Of a stretch of 64,000 nt of DNA, positions 59,797 through 64,000 are shown piece after piece. This stretch comes from an uncultured Desulfobacter sp. (GTDB lineage: Bacteria > Desulfobacterota > Desulfobacteria > Desulfobacterales > Desulfobacteraceae). A program made the position numbers and the translations under genes. The stretch covers positions 2,944,001 through 3,008,000 of the forward strand of contig OY762069.1 in assembly GCA_963665095.1 (NCBI GenBank), read 5' to 3'. The notes beneath the pieces were generated by a model. The model made no database searches, was not told the DNA's origin, and was given only the letters and a program-made list of their open reading frames with translations. Numbering within the stretch: the stretch's first letter is position 1; each line of letters opens with the position of its first letter.

Positions 59797-60871
59797 CCCC
59801 CGGACCAGGCTTACAAAGGAGCTTACCTTCTCTTCCCAGATCTTCCGCCATGCACTCAGGGCCGCCATTGCCATCACCGTGGCCGTGGCGGTGGTCAGAC
59901 AGATGAACCTTTACCATGCCCTGTGGGTGCCCATCACCGTGCTGGTGGTCATGCGCCCCTCTTTGGGCGGCACCCTTCACATCAGCTGGAAACGGCTGGG
60001 CGGCACGGCAGCCGGAGCCACAGCCGGTATCCTCATGGCAAGCCTTGGCCTTCCTGCGGTGGCCGTGGCTATTGTGGCCTTTGTCCTGCTGTTTTTAATT
60101 TTTTATTTTAAAGGGCGAAACTATCTTATCTTTATCGGATTTCTCACTGCAGATCTGGTGCTGGTCCTGGGATCTGCTTTTCCCCACCCCTGGCAGAGCG
60201 GGGCTGAGCGGATGCTTGACACGGCTTTAGGCATCGGCATCGGCCTGGGTGCCTCCTTTCTGGTCTGGCCCAATTTCGCCCGAAAAAGTCTGCGGCAGGC
60301 CATTGGCGATGTGATCGCTGCCCAGCACAGCCATTTCAGGCAGTTGCGGGAGGCGTATCTTAGTGAGGCCCCGGATTCCGCCGATCTTCTGTCCGGACGG
60401 CTGCAGGCCAGGGACAGCCTGGATGCCTGTGCCCAGAAGTGTACGGATGCCGCCATAGAGCCAGGTCTGGTTTCAGGGCAACGTCAGGAACTTCTGAACC
60501 TGGTGGATATCTTCACAAAACTTCACAGGAATCTGATTGCGCTATCTTCCATTGTGGCCAACTCCACCGGGGTGTTTAAGGGAAGCATTCAGCCTGATTT
60601 TGAAGTGCTCATGGATACGGTGGAGGCCCGGTTTTCAGAACTGGAGACCTATGCCCGCACTGAAGAGGCACCTGGGGGCCCCAGCACGTTCAATGACTGT
60701 TTCAACCGGTTCATGGCCAAACTGGGTACCATGCGGGTGAATGGAGAGTTTGACCGATTCCCCCTGGATGCCCGGAATAACTCATCCTCCTTTATCCTCC
60801 AGATCCGGCGCATCGGCAACGGGCTTGATCAGGCCTGGGCCGGAATGAAAAACCTCAGGACGCCCCAGTGA
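59786..60871 (+). CDS. FUSC family membrane protein (C-terminal-half type)
   Basis: FRHALR, WVPITVLVVMRP, KRLGGTAAG, RMLDTALG, VWP. Confidence 0.85.
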   Translation: MENNPRTRLTKELTFSSQIFRHALRAAIAITVAVAVVRQMNLYHALWVPITVLVVMRPSLGGTLHISWKRLGGTAAGATAGILMASLGLPAVAVAIVAFVLLFLIFYFKGRNYLIFIGFLTADLVLVLGSAFPHPWQSGAERMLDTALGIGIGLGASFLVWPNFARKSLRQAIGDVIAAQHSHFRQLREAYLSEAPDSADLLSGRLQARDSLDACAQKCTDAAIEPGLVSGQRQELLNLVDIFTKLHRNLIALSSIVANSTGVFKGSIQPDFEVLMDTVEARFSELETYARTEEAPGGPSTFNDCFNRFMAKLGTMRVNGEFDRFPLDARNNSSSFILQIRRIGNGLDQAWAGMKNLRTPQ

Positions 60872-61056
60872 GATCCCCTGCCCGTTTTAACTTCTCACCT
60901 ACAAATCGCAATAACACCGTGCATACGCCCGCGATTGTCACAGCAACCACGATCAAATAATGCGGCAGAACTGTTTATCCTCTTGAAAAAATAAGAAAAA
61001 AGTCATAAAGGAATTAAGCCACACATTATTTTTTGTATATCAATGGAGAATAAATC

Positions 61057-63189
61057 ATGCGTAACGTACTATTTTATGGCAGCGTTATTTTTCTTATCCT
61101 GTGTGCCTCAATGATGCAATCTGCGGCCCAGGACCTTTACGTACAAACCAATGGCGGAAGCGATTCAAACAGTGGAAGTTCATGGGGCAGTGACAATGCC
61201 CTTGCCACTATTTCCCAGGCAGTTACCCTTGCGGGACAGAACAGTGAAGCCGATGTCATTCATATTGCTGCAGGAACCTATTACGAAAATCTGATCCTCA
61301 CGGACGGTCTTACCCTGTACGGTGGGTATCCCCGGGATGGCGGTACGGCAAGAGATTCAGCCCAGAACATAACCGCAATTGACGGCAGTACTGCAGCAAG
61401 GGTCGTAACCATGCTGGATGCTGACAATGTTACCATTGATGGTATTGTCATTCAAAACGGCTATGCAGATGAAGGCAGAGGAGGAGGAATATATATCCAG
61501 AGCTGTTCAAATGCGGTGGTCTGTAATTCCACCATTACATCAAATGCAAGCTCAGGCGACTGGGGCGGAGGCATTGCGGTTGTCAGTTCTCAGGTTGCCA
61601 TTGAGAACAATACCATTTCAAACAATACCACCGACACCAGCGGAGGGGGGATAAGTTTTTACAGCAAATGTGAAGGAGAGGTCTCCTTAAATACTATTTC
61701 CGGCAATAGTGCACTCTACGGCGGAGGCGTGCGCATTGAAGACTGTACCCTTACCATTGATCAAAATATAATTTCTGAAAACAGCGCCAGTGAGGAAGGC
61801 GGTGCCATTTATATCAGCCATGCTGAAGAGGATACAACTACCATTCAAAACAACACCATCAGCCTTAATACAGCGTCCTATTCAGGGGGCGGCATTGAAG
61901 TTGTCTACTGCACAGCGCTTACCATTGACCAGAATACCATTGACCAGAACACCGCCGGTAACAGAGCAGGCGGGATCAACTATGAAAACTCAGACTGCAT
62001 CATCAGCAGAAACACCATTACAGACAATCGCTCACAAGGGTGGTCGGGCGGCATAAACTGCTATGGATCCGCAGGGTCTGTTGTTAATAACGTCATTGCG
62101 AAAAACCATGCGGTAAACTGTGGAGGCGGCTTGGGTTTCTGGGATAATGCAACCACACGTTTAACCAACAATACCATTGTTGAAAACAGTGCGGAAAGCA
62201 GTGGCGGAGGCGTTTATTGCTATGCGTACGGGGATGACAGTTCAACCGCAACCATTTTAAACTGCATTATCAGGGATAACACACCTGACGAACTTGGAGG
62301 CGATGGAACCATTGCAACATCCTACTCAAATATTACAGGGGCTTTGGATCAAAACAATAACCTTGATATAGACCCGCTTTTTGTAGGCCAGGGAGATTAT
62401 AATCTTACGGCAGACTCCCCCTGCATTGATCAGGCAACTTTGACAGGCGCGCCGGACACGGATATTCATGGGGATTCAAGATCTTTGGATACAGCGCCCG
62501 ATATTGGGGCGGATGAATACCTGGCACGAACCATAGCCATGTCATCCTTTAATCTCAATCTTTCATCGGCAGCAAAAACAGATACCGCCATTACCATCAC
62601 AGCTACCTCTGCCAACAGCGGTGGTGGTGGGAATACCTATTATCGGTTTGATATTGTTCCCGGGTACGGCACTGGAAATTATGATCCTGATAACAACTGG
62701 CAGGCATTGAGTAATTTTTCCTTGAGTGCCTCTGTTACGCATGCCTTCAGTCAATCAGGTTCATATATTCTTATCACAAAGGCATCCCCCAGCCTTGATT
62801 ATCCAGGCGGTGCAGTCCCCATTGCAGGCTGCTCCATAGAGGTTACAGAAGACGATGAGACACCCGCCTTTCCTGTCGTCATTACAGGGCTTTCCATTTC
62901 ACCTTCCCGGATCGTATCCCCGGGAAACACGCTGACCATTACCGCCCAGGCCTTTAACAGTGAAGGGGGGGATGTATATTATCGGTTTGACATCGTACCT
63001 GAGTACGGCACCGACCAGTATGATCCCAATACCAACTGGCAGATGCTCCAGGACTTTTCACCATCAAACACCTGCGCTTACACCTTTTCAGAGGCAGGTA
63101 ACTATATTGTCGTTGTAAAAGCCAATAATACTCCGGCACTGGCCGGCGGTGCCGCGCCTATTATTGGAATGGGAGTGGTTGTGCAATAA
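61057..63189 (+). CDS. Secreted right-handed beta-helix protein with two C-terminal ~100-aa repeats
   Basis: Signal peptide, ATISQAV..IHIAAGTY.E, many N..GGGI repeats, DPLFV..DYNL..SPCID, PDIGADEY. Confidence 0.85.
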   Translation: MRNVLFYGSVIFLILCASMMQSAAQDLYVQTNGGSDSNSGSSWGSDNALATISQAVTLAGQNSEADVIHIAAGTYYENLILTDGLTLYGGYPRDGGTARDSAQNITAIDGSTAARVVTMLDADNVTIDGIVIQNGYADEGRGGGIYIQSCSNAVVCNSTITSNASSGDWGGGIAVVSSQVAIENNTISNNTTDTSGGGISFYSKCEGEVSLNTISGNSALYGGGVRIEDCTLTIDQNIISENSASEEGGAIYISHAEEDTTTIQNNTISLNTASYSGGGIEVVYCTALTIDQNTIDQNTAGNRAGGINYENSDCIISRNTITDNRSQGWSGGINCYGSAGSVVNNVIAKNHAVNCGGGLGFWDNATTRLTNNTIVENSAESSGGGVYCYAYGDDSSTATILNCIIRDNTPDELGGDGTIATSYSNITGALDQNNNLDIDPLFVGQGDYNLTADSPCIDQATLTGAPDTDIHGDSRSLDTAPDIGADEYLARTIAMSSFNLNLSSAAKTDTAITITATSANSGGGGNTYYRFDIVPGYGTGNYDPDNNWQALSNFSLSASVTHAFSQSGSYILITKASPSLDYPGGAVPIAGCSIEVTEDDETPAFPVVITGLSISPSRIVSPGNTLTITAQAFNSEGGDVYYRFDIVPEYGTDQYDPNTNWQMLQDFSPSNTCAYTFSEAGNYIVVVKANNTPALAGGAAPIIGMGVVVQ

Positions 63190-63366
63190 CACCACCTAAT
63201 CAAAGCACATTCACACAGGTTCTCATCATGAGCTGATGCCGGCAGAAAAAGTTTATCATTCCAAACGTCCTCTACATCTTCAACGCCACTTTTAAGGGCA
63301 CTTCTGATAAATAATCTTTATCTGATCCGAGATGGATACAGGCCGGGTTGGTTAATTCGAGGACAT

Positions 63367-63417
63367 AATTCGAGGGACCTTACTTAATTGCTTGGAATTA
63401 AGTAAGGTCCCTTGATT
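63367..63417. repeat. REP-like palindrome
   Basis: Perfect 17-bp stem AGGGACCTTACTTAATT / AATTAAGTAAGGTCCCT with 6-nt loop; partial copy AATTCGAGG just before it. Confidence 0.8.
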
Positions 63418-63607
63418 ACCAGGTTATTTCCCGGGATTGAATATAGCTTGCAGCCAGGGTGGTCTTTCCGGCCCCCGGGCCGCCTGAAATCCAGGTAACC
63501 GGATGGTCACGGTATTTGTCCAGAAGTTGAAAAAGACGCTGTCGGTGAAATACACGGTGCAGCCGTGGCGGTGAAATTTTAGTAATAATGCTGTTTAGAT
63601 CTTTCAT
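63416..63607 (-). pseudogene. 5' fragment of a MalT-like (STAND) ATPase regulator
   Basis: TKISPPRL....RQRL...L, WISGGPGAGKTTL Walker A; stops after 63 aa at the palindrome. Confidence 0.75.
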
Positions 63608-63807
63608 GGCGTTTCGCAGCTAAAATTCATGGATATAATCCTGTTATTGAGGCAGCACTGCCAATCCTTTTCTCTAAAGCCCTTTCGTCCATGACCGATG
63701 GCAGGATCTGCCTTAATTTCAAAAATTTAGATACTTGTATCTGTTTCCAGGTATAGAAAGCCAGGTGTTGTATGTCAATGAAAAAACAGCCGCTAAAATC
63801 AGCAAGC

Positions 63808-63836
63808 TTTACAAATCGTATACGATTATATAATAT
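63808..63836 (+). promoter_or_regulatory. Sigma70 promoter with palindromic operator in the spacer
   Basis: TTTACA-N17-TAATAT enclosing the perfect palindrome AATCGTATACGATT (63814-63827). Confidence 0.7.
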
Positions 63837-63868
63837 TTTTCTGTCACTTTTATTTGAAGGAGAAATCC

Positions 63869-64000
63869 ATGCCCCCTGCAGTTCCCCAGCCAGAAATGTC
63901 AACCGCAGGTCTGTCCGAACGGATCACCGCCCTGAAGGCGGATTTTCGGTCCGCAGCACCTGAAGTCTGCATTGCCCGGGCCCGGGCCGTTATCAGCGCT
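63869..64000 (+). CDS. Start of probable glycyl-radical enzyme (PFL-like family); runs off window
   Basis: GAAGGAG RBS; MPPAVPQPEMSTAGLSERITALKADFRSAAPEVCIARARAVISA resembles the RI..LK....PE.C..RA N-terminus of glycyl-radical enzymes. Only 44 codons visible. Confidence 0.6.
   Translation, partial: MPPAVPQPEMSTAGLSERITALKADFRSAAPEVCIARARAVISA

Noticed and set aside
61450..62230. CRISPR or DNA tandem array
   Set aside because: The periodicity reflects beta-helix protein repeats; no identical repeats with spacers and no cas genes in the window.

Overview
This 64-kb window looks like chromosome from a sulfate-reducing deltaproteobacterium (Desulfobacter/Desulfobacteraceae-like, inferred from gene content). 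I saw no rRNA, tRNA, CRISPR array or transposase. In order it holds: (1-14.7 kb) two minus-strand signalling/transport modules with candidate sigma54 promoters (Cache-type kinase, stand-alone receivers, DASS/SLC13 permease; the larger also has a 45-aa membrane peptide, YIP1 protein, REC-CBS protein, two USPs and a Pat-type acetyltransferase); an orphan PseC-like aminotransferase; (18.3-22.2 kb) a cobalamin-riboswitch-led operon encoding a divergent TrpD-like phosphoribosyltransferase, a 78-aa unknown protein and a Zn-dehydrogenase-CobT fusion; an MCP pseudogene; birA-bioY-ECF; (27-39.6 kb) a SiaABC-type partner-switch module whose output is an HD-GYP phosphodiesterase rather than a diguanylate cyclase, facing a decaying second copy; menA-like + CPBP protease; two secreted modular proteins sharing a ~100-aa repeat; pabA/pabBC behind an attenuator-like hairpin; a six-PAS hybrid kinase; a putative phosphate-scavenging trio; a split FUSC pair; and the start of a probable glycyl-radical enzyme. 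The two best candidates for an undescribed system are the B12-riboswitch TrpD-like/MDR-CobT operon (possibly a new cobamide lower-ligand or nucleotide-loop route) and the inverted-output Sia/HD-GYP module. All family calls come from reading motifs by eye; no database search was run.
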